Source: a virus (Duplodnaviria > Caudoviricetes). From it: DNA of 33,793 bases. Location: the IMG/VR virus record IMGVR_UViG_3300036975_000123, positions 1 through 33,793 of that record. One strand, given 5' to 3'. The notes beneath the pieces are model-generated. The model was not told the origin of the DNA and did no database searches. It worked only from the letters and a program-made list of their open reading frames with translations. The position numbers were made by a program, and so were the translations under genes. Shown here piece after piece: positions 23,840 through 32,188 of the stretch; the stretch's first letter is position 1, and each line of letters opens with the position of its first letter.

Positions 23840-25209
23840 TGGGTAAAGTAATAAAATTAGATTTTCGTCCAAATAAAAAACAGAAATTGTTTTTTAAAGC
23901 TAAGACAAAATATATAGCTTATGGCGGAGCCCGTGGAGGCGGGAAATCGTGGGCGATGCGGACAAAAGCAGTTTTATTATGCTTAAGGTACAAAAGATTA
24001 AAGGTTCTTCTTTTAAGAAGAACTTTTCCAGAATTAGAAGCAAATCATATCACACCTCTTCTTGTTATTTTGCATGATATAGCAGAATATATAGTTTCAA
24101 AAAAAGAATTTCGATTTCCTAATGGGAGTGTTATAAAGCTTGGTTACTGTAAAAATGAGAATGACGCGAATCAGTATCAAGGTCAGGAATATGATGTAAT
24201 AATGTTTGAAGAAGCTACACTATTTACTGAGAGTCAATTAGTGTTTATTTCTACATGCTTAAGAAATGTAAGGACAGATTTTGATACTAGAATTTATTAT
24301 ACATGTAATCCTGGTGGCCCAGCTCATCATTATATTAAAAGATTATTTATAGATAGAGAATACGAAGGCGATGAGAATGCCGAAGAATATACTTTTATAC
24401 CAGCTTTAATTTTTGATAATGAAATTTTAATGAAAAATGATTCATCTTATATTAAAGTTTTGGATAATTTGCCTGAGGAATTACGTCGGGCTCATAGAGA
24501 CGGGGACTGGGATGCGTTATCTGGTCAATACTTTAGAGAATTTAGAAGGAGTGTCCATGTAATAGATGATTTTGATATTCCTGACAGCTGGGTTAGATAT
24601 TGTACTATAGATTATGGTTTAGATATGATGGCTGCGTTATGGATTGCTGTAGACCCTATGGGTAATTGTTATGTTTATAGGGAGCATCATGAGCCTAATC
24701 TTATAATTTCAGTCGCAGCCGAAAAAATAAAATACTTGTCAAAAGGCGAAAATATAAAAGCTTTTTATGTTCCTCCGGATTTATCTGCAAGTAGGCAGGA
24801 AACTGGTAAAAGTGCCTTGCAAATTTTTATAGAAAATGGTATAGTTGGATTAATAACAAAAAATAGCAGAATAAGTGGATGGTTGTGTGTGAAGGAGTGT
24901 TTAGCTTGGTCTAAGAAAGCGGACCCGGTATTAAAGTTCTTTAAATCTTGTAAAGTTGCAATAAAACATATTCCGTTACTTCAGAGAGATGAAAAGAACC
25001 CTAATGATATAGCTCAAGAGCCACATGAATTTACGCATGTCGCGGATGCTATAAGATATTTTTGTTCGACCTGGATTACAAAAACGAATATTCCTGAAGA
25101 GGAAGAACTCTCAGGTACATATTTCTACCCCGAATTACGAATGAAAGGGTATTCAGATTCAGAGATACGAAAATTAGAGCTAAGCGGCGTTATTTCTGTT
25201 ATTTCTTAA
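23839..25209 (+). CDS. terL: Terminase large subunit (PBSX/Terminase_6-like)
   Basis: YGGARGGGKS, LLRRTFPEL, QGQEYDVIMFEEAT, TCNPGG, IDYG, VYRE, HVADAIRY. Confidence 0.95.
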   Translation: MGKVIKLDFRPNKKQKLFFKAKTKYIAYGGARGGGKSWAMRTKAVLLCLRYKRLKVLLLRRTFPELEANHITPLLVILHDIAEYIVSKKEFRFPNGSVIKLGYCKNENDANQYQGQEYDVIMFEEATLFTESQLVFISTCLRNVRTDFDTRIYYTCNPGGPAHHYIKRLFIDREYEGDENAEEYTFIPALIFDNEILMKNDSSYIKVLDNLPEELRRAHRDGDWDALSGQYFREFRRSVHVIDDFDIPDSWVRYCTIDYGLDMMAALWIAVDPMGNCYVYREHHEPNLIISVAAEKIKYLSKGENIKAFYVPPDLSASRQETGKSALQIFIENGIVGLITKNSRISGWLCVKECLAWSKKADPVLKFFKSCKVAIKHIPLLQRDEKNPNDIAQEPHEFTHVADAIRYFCSTWITKTNIPEEEELSGTYFYPELRMKGYSDSEIRKLELSGVISVIS

Positions 25210-25229
25210 AGAAAAAGGAGAAGAGGCCT

Positions 25230-26096
25230 ATGAGTCCAAAAGAGTTAAGAAATATTGTATTTTTAGACAACTGTGCAAACTTTGATGTATCTAAATTATT
25301 TTTAAAGGCAGTTCCTTCAAAAGGTGATGATTCACAGGATACTGTAGAAGTTATCTACACGCATTTTTCAAGAATTCACTATGATAAATTTCCAGAGCTT
25401 AAAGTGGTTTTATGCCCAGCTTCAGGTGTGTCTCATCTATATGAGGATAAGCCTGATAATGTTAAGGTTATATACCTTGATAATGAAGCAGAATTAATGG
25501 ATAGAGCTGTGTCATCAGCTGAGTGGGGGATTACAGCAATGCTTAATCTTTTACTAAAAAACCAGGAAAATCTTCTAGGAAAGAAAATAGGTTTTGTGGG
25601 TTTTAGCAGAATGGCTCAGCAGATTGCTAAAAGGCTAAATTGTTTTAACGTGGATATGAAATATTTCGACCCTGATACTAACTTACCTTTATACATTTCT
25701 GATAAGCTAGTAAATAAAGTATCTAAAGTTAAGCTTATTTATAATAATAGCGATATTATATTTGTTGGTCTTCCAGATGATACTATTTATACAAATTTTA
25801 TAGATGAGGTAGCTTTTGCGGAAATGAGCAGGGCTTATTTCATTAACTCATTTAGAGGACATTTAGTTGATGGTTTAGCTTTAGTTGATGCTTTTGATTC
25901 AGGTAATCTTAGAGGTTTAGCTATTGATGACATGTCTTCTTATGCTGTAAATGTACAGAGTCAGCTTATAGTTTTAAATAAGTTACCACCTAATGTTATA
26001 GCATCACAGTATGAGGCGGGAAAAGGACTTCAGTCTAGAATTAATACGGACATGTTAATTCTAGATAAATTACAAAAATTTATAGCAGCAGGTTAA
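25230..26096 (+). CDS. D-isomer 2-hydroxyacid dehydrogenase-like protein, degenerate paralog
   Basis: SAE, LLGKKIGFVGFSRMA, FINSFRGHLVD, GLAIDD; SQYEAG in place of TPHIAG. Confidence 0.75.
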   Translation: MSPKELRNIVFLDNCANFDVSKLFLKAVPSKGDDSQDTVEVIYTHFSRIHYDKFPELKVVLCPASGVSHLYEDKPDNVKVIYLDNEAELMDRAVSSAEWGITAMLNLLLKNQENLLGKKIGFVGFSRMAQQIAKRLNCFNVDMKYFDPDTNLPLYISDKLVNKVSKVKLIYNNSDIIFVGLPDDTIYTNFIDEVAFAEMSRAYFINSFRGHLVDGLALVDAFDSGNLRGLAIDDMSSYAVNVQSQLIVLNKLPPNVIASQYEAGKGLQSRINTDMLILDKLQKFIAAG

Positions 26097-26131
26097 AAAT
26101 ATTACACTCTTTTTAAAAAGGGGGTGTTGAT

Positions 26132-26959
26132 ATGATTTTTTTAGATAATGCTACTAATAGAGAGGATATAATAAGAGTAGCTAATAAACTAGGAAATTCT
26201 GAATGTGTGTATACACATTTTACTAAGTTAAATTATAAAAATTATGAAAATCTTAAATTTGTTTTATGTCCATGTACTGATATAAGACATTTAGAGCCTG
26301 GCTTAGCACCAGAGGATACTAAATTTATATATTTAACGGACAAGAATGTACTATTTGAAAAGGTAGTATCCTCGGCTGAGTGGGTTGTATGGAGTTTGTT
26401 AAGATTACTAAAATACGATTTAAATGCTCAAGAAGAGCTGCATCACAAGTCTATTGGTTTTGTGGGCTTTGGGCGCATGATGCAAAGAGTAGCGAAAATG
26501 TTATCGGGATGCAGGGTAACAATGTATTATTATGATAATGATGCGGAAAATTATTATCTTGAAAGAGCGCAAAGATGTGCTGATGTAAATAATATATATT
26601 TAAATTGTGATATAGTTGTAATAGGTTTATCACAGAATAAGCAAACTATGAATTTTGTAGATATAGATAGTTTTCAACTTATGAAAGAAGGTAAAAGGCC
26701 TTACTTTTTAAATAATTCCCGGTCTAGTATAGTAAATGGTGAGGCCCTGGTTAATGCAATAACGTCTAATGTACTTAGGGGATGTGCATTAGATGTTATT
26801 GAAGATTATACTAATGAGGTAAAGACGGATTTATATAGACTGGTGTATAAGAAAAATTTAATTATTACACCTCATATTGCAGGAAAAGGAATTCAATCTA
26901 GGATTAATACGGATAAAATAATATTAGATATATTTAAAAAGGAGGTGCTTCGTGAATAG
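26132..26959 (+). CDS. D-isomer 2-hydroxyacid dehydrogenase-like protein
   Basis: SAE, IGFVGFGRM, LNNSRSSIVN, GCALDV, LIITPHIAG. Confidence 0.85.
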   Translation: MIFLDNATNREDIIRVANKLGNSECVYTHFTKLNYKNYENLKFVLCPCTDIRHLEPGLAPEDTKFIYLTDKNVLFEKVVSSAEWVVWSLLRLLKYDLNAQEELHHKSIGFVGFGRMMQRVAKMLSGCRVTMYYYDNDAENYYLERAQRCADVNNIYLNCDIVVIGLSQNKQTMNFVDIDSFQLMKEGKRPYFLNNSRSSIVNGEALVNAITSNVLRGCALDVIEDYTNEVKTDLYRLVYKKNLIITPHIAGKGIQSRINTDKIILDIFKKEVLRE

Positions 26960-27806
26960 GAATAATGATACTTTAGTAATAGTGGGTAATTGCCAGTTTT
27001 TAAATGAGAGTATGCCTATTGAAGATGAGTTTGATTATTTTTTTGTAGGCCATGCGCTGCATGATAAATGCTTAAAAGATAATAATTATTTAGATCAATT
27101 TAATAGGCAAAAAAGTGAAATTATGTTGTTAGAGATACATTCTAGAGAAAGCAGGGAAGAAAGATATCCAGGATATGTGGATTGGCTAAAAGGTATTAGA
27201 GTTAGTAAGTATATGCAGGAATATCATCCAGATTTAGTATTTAGTTATAAATATCCTAAGGCTGAAATAGAAGATTATTTAAGCTTTAAAGATATGGGTG
27301 TAAGTTTAGACTATTTTATGTCAAGTTTTGCTTATATGGTAGCCTGGGGTATTTATAAGGGTTATCGTAAAATAATGTTATATGGTATAAATATGGTATT
27401 TTCAGATGATTATATCCAAAAGTATAATTTTGAATTCTGGCTTGGAATGGCTTTAGGTAGAGGTATAGGATTACAGCTTACAAAAGAATGTGATTTACTT
27501 AAATGTAAGTCTTACGGATATGAAGTAGATAATACATTAGGAGTGTATATGCAGAGAGCTATTAAAGGTACTCAGCTTAATATACTTAAGGACTTGAATT
27601 TTATAAGGCAAATAATAGGTAATCTAGAGGAGTTAGCTAAAAAGATTGATGGAGATTTAATTGATTTATTAGATAATAGATTAGATAATATAGATAATGC
27701 CATTTCTTCTTTATACATAGAAAATCCGAAATTTATGGAGCAGATATTAGATCGGCATGGATTAGATATAGAACCCCAGGTCTTTGATCTAGGGGATAAA
27801 GATTGA
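26952..27806 (+). CDS. Putative CstII/Maf-like nonulosonate transferase, paralog 1
   Basis: LVIVGN, SSFAYMVAWGIYKGYRKIMLYGINM, EFWLGMALGRGI, LL...YGYE; helical C-terminus. Confidence 0.5.
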   Translation: MNRNNDTLVIVGNCQFLNESMPIEDEFDYFFVGHALHDKCLKDNNYLDQFNRQKSEIMLLEIHSRESREERYPGYVDWLKGIRVSKYMQEYHPDLVFSYKYPKAEIEDYLSFKDMGVSLDYFMSSFAYMVAWGIYKGYRKIMLYGINMVFSDDYIQKYNFEFWLGMALGRGIGLQLTKECDLLKCKSYGYEVDNTLGVYMQRAIKGTQLNILKDLNFIRQIIGNLEELAKKIDGDLIDLLDNRLDNIDNAISSLYIENPKFMEQILDRHGLDIEPQVFDLGDKD

Positions 27807-27854
27807 AAAAAGTACGCAGTTAATATAGATATCACATCCTTATTAAAGGAAAAT

Positions 27855-27884
27855 GACAAGTAGGGAAATCCTGCCCTACTTGTC
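27855..27884. repeat. 11-bp stem hairpin without U-tract, before neuB
   Basis: GACAAGTAGGG-AAATCCTG-CCCTACTTGTC. Confidence 0.75.
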
Positions 27885-27896
27885 TAATAATAAGGA

Positions 27897-28694
27897 GTGA
27901 GTTTTTTGACAAAAATCATATTAGATGTAGCAAATAACCACTTGGGCCAAAGAGAAATATTGGACAAGTTAATAGGATATCCACCGTCTAATATGGTTGA
28001 CTACATTAAGTTTCAACTCTATAATCCTGAAAGGCTTAATAAGGATTATCCAAATTATAGTTCATATAAGAAATTATGCGATAAGTACTATATCAATAAA
28101 GAAACTCTTATTCATATTTTTAAAGAGTTTAATTGGACTGCTCAAAAGAAGCCTATGTTTACTATTTTTTCTGAAGATAGAATTGAGTTTCTGCAAGAAG
28201 TTTTAGATGAGTTAGGTTATAGCCTTATCTGGCCTGTCGATTTTGCTTTGAAAATAGCCAGTCCAGATATGAGTAATTATAGGCTTATAGACAGTGTTTT
28301 AAGAGCTTTTCCAGAACTTTTAGTCATAATTTCTACAGGTATGCATTCAGATAAAGAAATAGATGAGTGTATAAATAGGTTAAGTGTAGCAGGACATAGG
28401 AGTAGGGTTAAGTTTCTCCATTGTATTTCTGAATATCCAACCGATCCCGAAGATATTGACTGGGGTAAAATAAAAGATATGGATGGGTTTTCTGATCATA
28501 CTATAGGAATTGAGACAGCTAAAAAATGCATAGCTCTTAATGTTGAATATTTAGAGTTTCATTTTACATTATCAAAAGACCTTCCAGGCAAAGACCATAC
28601 CATCTCAAAAGACATAAAAGAATTAGATAGAATTTTAAGATTTAAGTTGTCTTTAATGAATAATGAAAATTATAAAGTGAGGTGGTGTGGGTGA
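27897..28694 (+). CDS. neuB: N-acetylneuraminate (nonulosonate) synthase family, lacking the C-terminal SAF domain
   Basis: DVANNH.G, IKFQ, KIASPD, ISTGM, LHCISEYPT, GFSDHT.G, EFHFTL....G.DH. Confidence 0.9.
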   Translation: MSFLTKIILDVANNHLGQREILDKLIGYPPSNMVDYIKFQLYNPERLNKDYPNYSSYKKLCDKYYINKETLIHIFKEFNWTAQKKPMFTIFSEDRIEFLQEVLDELGYSLIWPVDFALKIASPDMSNYRLIDSVLRAFPELLVIISTGMHSDKEIDECINRLSVAGHRSRVKFLHCISEYPTDPEDIDWGKIKDMDGFSDHTIGIETAKKCIALNVEYLEFHFTLSKDLPGKDHTISKDIKELDRILRFKLSLMNNENYKVRWCG

Positions 28695-30043
28695 TGAAAA
28701 AAAATGATAATGGAAAAATTATTCCTAATAAAGCTAAAAGTGAAGAAATTAAAGAAACTAAGTCGGTAGATAAGATATTTAGTACTATGGGTAAAAGTAC
28801 TAAAATGGATTTGCCTGTGAAAGGTAAATGTAGTACAGGGTTGAAGAGTGAAGAATTAGTACATAAAGAAAAGCAGGAAGGTAAAATAGTTCCCGGTTTT
28901 TCTAGAACTGAGTTTAATAAAAATGCATTAATAGAAGAGGGCGAGAGTAATAAAAAATTTGAGGACTTGAAGTTTATTAAGAAAAATAAGAGATGTTGTA
29001 TAGTTGGATTTGCTCCTAGCTGGGATATAGCACCATACCAGGATAAAGATGTAGATTTTTGGGGGATTAATGAGCTTTATCTTAATCTTAAAAAAATTAA
29101 GCCGCAGCCTAAATTTTCTGCGTGGTTTGAAGTGCATGATATAGAGAAGTCTCCGTCTAAGCAAAAGCCTGAGCACCAAGAATTTTTAAAGATGTGTAAA
29201 ATACCTATAATTACTCAAAAGCATTGGGATAAGTATCCTTCAACGATTGCTTATCCGGTAGATTATGTTATTGAATTTTTTAATAAAAATTTTATAATAG
29301 ATGCCAAAAATACTGGGTTTTCTGATTATTCTAATCAAATATCTTGGATGATTGCATTAGCGATTTGTCTTGGATATGAAGAGATAATGGTTTATGGTGT
29401 AGATATGGCGCAAGATTCAGAATATCGTTTTCAAAGAGCTAGTTGTCAATTTTTCTTAGGATATGCGCTCGGTGCTAACATAAAAATAAGAATTCCGGCA
29501 GCTTGCGAACTTCTTAAAGCTGGGGCTTTATATGGTTTTGAGTCTGATAATACAAATAGGTTCCGAAAGAAGGATAGGATTAAAAGTTGTTCTGAGAATC
29601 TTACACATCTTAAATGCAGAAATGCTGAGATTGGGTATTTTAAAGATTATTTGGATAAACAGTATAACAAAGATTCTTTGCTCATTGATTCTGAAATTGA
29701 ACTTTTAGAAAAACAGATAACAGATTTAGACTCAATGATTACAGTTGCAGATAATATAATTAATTTTATAAATACCATGCCAGAAACCTTGGCTGAAATT
29801 GATAAAGCAAAGGTTAAGCTTTTAAATGGTAATATTGCTGGAAGAGATAGAGCAAAAAAAGATATTGATAAAATTAAGTCTGATATAACTGCTCTTAAAA
29901 AGAAAAAAGAGAAGATAGGTGCAGATACTTATGTTAATCATAAGTTATTAGATGAGGAGTTTGAAAACAACAAGCATTCTATTAGTAGTCTAGAAGGTTC
30001 AATTTATGAGTGTAAGCATGACTTGAATAATAATTTAGTGTAA
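28694..30043 (+). CDS. Putative CstII/Maf-like nonulosonate transferase, paralog 2, with long coiled-coil tail
   Basis: CCIVGFAPS, WGINE, SWMIALAICLGYEEIMVYGVDM, EY..QR, LL....LYGFE; TGATG overlap with neuB (ORF track starts at 28682). Confidence 0.55.
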   Translation: MKKNDNGKIIPNKAKSEEIKETKSVDKIFSTMGKSTKMDLPVKGKCSTGLKSEELVHKEKQEGKIVPGFSRTEFNKNALIEEGESNKKFEDLKFIKKNKRCCIVGFAPSWDIAPYQDKDVDFWGINELYLNLKKIKPQPKFSAWFEVHDIEKSPSKQKPEHQEFLKMCKIPIITQKHWDKYPSTIAYPVDYVIEFFNKNFIIDAKNTGFSDYSNQISWMIALAICLGYEEIMVYGVDMAQDSEYRFQRASCQFFLGYALGANIKIRIPAACELLKAGALYGFESDNTNRFRKKDRIKSCSENLTHLKCRNAEIGYFKDYLDKQYNKDSLLIDSEIELLEKQITDLDSMITVADNIINFINTMPETLAEIDKAKVKLLNGNIAGRDRAKKDIDKIKSDITALKKKKEKIGADTYVNHKLLDEEFENNKHSISSLEGSIYECKHDLNNNLV

Positions 30044-30044
30044 T

Positions 30045-31085
30045 ATGGTTCTGGTTTTCATCGGCTCCAGGGCCAATTATGGTAGGCTAAAAGCAGTAAT
30101 AGCAGAATTAATAGGACAAAATATAGAATTTGGTATTGTACTTGGATCTTATGATATTCCTGAAGAATATCAGAAATATGTAGTATTTAAAGCCGACAAT
30201 CTTCTATATAAGGATACTACATTTAACATGGTAAATTCTATGTCTTTAGTGGCAATGAGTATAACAAATTATTTATCAAATTTAAGTAGATTACCTAAAC
30301 TTGCTATTGTGCATGGTGACAGATTTGAAAATCTGGGTTTTGCTATAGCATGTAGTTATAATAATATTAAGTTATTGCATACTGAAGGTGGGGAAACTTC
30401 TGGAAATATTGATAATAAGGTCAGATATGCTATTACTGCTTTAGCTGATATACACTGTGTAACCAGTGAGAATGCCGGAGAGCATCTAATTAAAGCAGGA
30501 ATTGATGAGAATAAAGTACATGTAGTTGGCTCACCAGCTATTGATGAGGTTAAGAGAATGAATTTACAGACTTTAAAGCATCTACCTGATATAATCGCAG
30601 TTTTATATAATCCATGTCAGGAAGATGACTTTGATGAATTTTTTAAAGCTATTTTAAAGCTTAGTCATAAAAATAACATAGTCTGGATTAACCCAAATGT
30701 TGATCCAGGTTATAAGATGATATGTAAGCAGGTGCATAGAAGAAAGCAAATTGAATTTATGAAAAATTTAGTGCCACAAGAATATATTAAGGTATTAAAT
30801 ATGTGCAAAATGCTAATAGGCAATACCTCTTCAGGGATAAAAGAGGGTGCATATATTGGTATACCATATATAATGGTGGGTAGGAGGCAAGCGTTAAGAG
30901 AGACTGCGAGTAATGTTATAGTTACATTAGGAAAATGCGATGCTGATGCAATACAATATTATGCTGATTTTATAGATGGGATGCAGTCTCCAGATAAAGG
31001 TGGTCGAATTAAGTATGATGGTACTTTTGGCTGGGGTGACGCGGCAGAAAAGATAGTAAAGATAGTAAAGGAGGAACTTAAATGA
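30045..31085 (+). CDS. neuC: UDP-GlcNAc 2-epimerase, hydrolysing type
   Basis: GSRANYG, HGDRFE, HTEGGETSGNID..VRYAIT, VGSPAID, PNVDPG, GNTSSGIKE, VGRRQ..RE. Confidence 0.9.
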   Translation: MVLVFIGSRANYGRLKAVIAELIGQNIEFGIVLGSYDIPEEYQKYVVFKADNLLYKDTTFNMVNSMSLVAMSITNYLSNLSRLPKLAIVHGDRFENLGFAIACSYNNIKLLHTEGGETSGNIDNKVRYAITALADIHCVTSENAGEHLIKAGIDENKVHVVGSPAIDEVKRMNLQTLKHLPDIIAVLYNPCQEDDFDEFFKAILKLSHKNNIVWINPNVDPGYKMICKQVHRRKQIEFMKNLVPQEYIKVLNMCKMLIGNTSSGIKEGAYIGIPYIMVGRRQALRETASNVIVTLGKCDADAIQYYADFIDGMQSPDKGGRIKYDGTFGWGDAAEKIVKIVKEELK

Positions 31086-31789
31086 TAGCTTTAATTCCAT
31101 TTAGAAAAGGGAGTAAAAGAGTTCCGGAAAAAAATATCAAAATGTTTAATAGAAATGGAGCAGCACGTACTTTATTTATGCATACAGTGCTTCAAGCTCT
31201 AAAATGTGGAAATATTTTTGAATCTGTAGTGGTATCTACAGATTATAGCCTAGCATTTTTGTTTAGTATAGATGAGTATGTTATGGATAAATGTGTTATA
31301 CATGTAAGAAATGAGGTAGCTGATGACCAGCCTGCTTCTCATTATATAAAAGAATTTATTGATTCGCAGAAGTTCGGGAATGCAAGTGATATTTGTTTAT
31401 TGCAGCCTACATGTCCTTTGAGAAGTCATATAGATATATATGGAGCAGTAGATAAGTATTATACGCAAAAAGATGAAAAGCCAACTTTAGTTTCAGTTAC
31501 TAAAGTTGGTCCAAATAAAAAGTTATATGTTAATGGTATCACAGGCTTTGGAAGTATTAGTTCTGATAATATATTAGCCTGTGATGAAGAAGGTAAAAAA
31601 GCTGAAGAAATTTATGTGAGAAATAGCAGTATTTATATTTTTAATGTTGGATATTTTAGAAAAAATAATACTATCTTTGATAATAAACCAAATTATTATC
31701 AAATGCCAGTATCTAGAAGTATAGACATAAATACAGAAGAAGATTTTAAGATGGCAGAGGCATTGTCTAAGGTGTGTGATATAGAGTGA
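31082..31789 (+). CDS. neuA: Acylneuraminate cytidylyltransferase (CMP-nonulosonate synthetase)
   Basis: ALIPFRKGSKRVPEKNIK, VSTD, LLQPTCPLR, NSSIY, SIDINTEEDF..AE. Confidence 0.92.
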   Translation: MIALIPFRKGSKRVPEKNIKMFNRNGAARTLFMHTVLQALKCGNIFESVVVSTDYSLAFLFSIDEYVMDKCVIHVRNEVADDQPASHYIKEFIDSQKFGNASDICLLQPTCPLRSHIDIYGAVDKYYTQKDEKPTLVSVTKVGPNKKLYVNGITGFGSISSDNILACDEEGKKAEEIYVRNSSIYIFNVGYFRKNNTIFDNKPNYYQMPVSRSIDINTEEDFKMAEALSKVCDIE

Positions 31790-31995
31790 ATGATTTTTGG
31801 CTAGGTGTAATATGTACAGTATTATTTTTATTAATAAGTTTTGATGTTATTTTATGGAGCTTAGTAATAAAGAATTTAAAAAAATCAGAAGAGTTAGATG
31901 AACAACTTAAAAAGTTACAGGATAATGTTCCGCAGAGTGGAATAGATAAATATAGAGATGAGGATGGATTATTAAGTGGGAAAAGAAAGACCTGA
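31786..31995 (+). CDS. Small N-terminal-TM protein
   Basis: Hydrophobic N-terminus; GTGA overlap with neuA. Confidence 0.6.
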   Translation: MNDFWLGVICTVLFLLISFDVILWSLVIKNLKKSEELDEQLKKLQDNVPQSGIDKYRDEDGLLSGKRKT

Positions 31996-32185
31996 ATTAG
32001 CATCCGATATAAGATGTCCGCGATGTAAGCGGATGATAGGCGATGATATAAAAGGGAATATTTATATTGTTCACTCAACTGATTTTGTTTCAAAGAGATT
32101 TTCAAAAGTAGATTTTATTTTAGAGGTAAAGTGCTCTAAGTGTAGAATTTATAATACAATTTTTGCGGGAGGTGTGGATATATAG
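31976..32185 (+). CDS. Com-family (Mu Com-like) zinc-ribbon protein
   Basis: DIRCPRCKRMIG...LEVKCSKCRIYNTI. Confidence 0.7.
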   Translation: MGKERPELASDIRCPRCKRMIGDDIKGNIYIVHSTDFVSKRFSKVDFILEVKCSKCRIYNTIFAGGVDI

Positions 32186-32188
32186 GCC

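Noticed and set aside
27853-27900. 15-codon leader peptide (MTSREILPYLSNNKE) coupled to neuB
   Set aside because: Its AAGGA is only 2 nt from the ATG and neuB has an adjacent AAGGAG-like tract; too weak to call.
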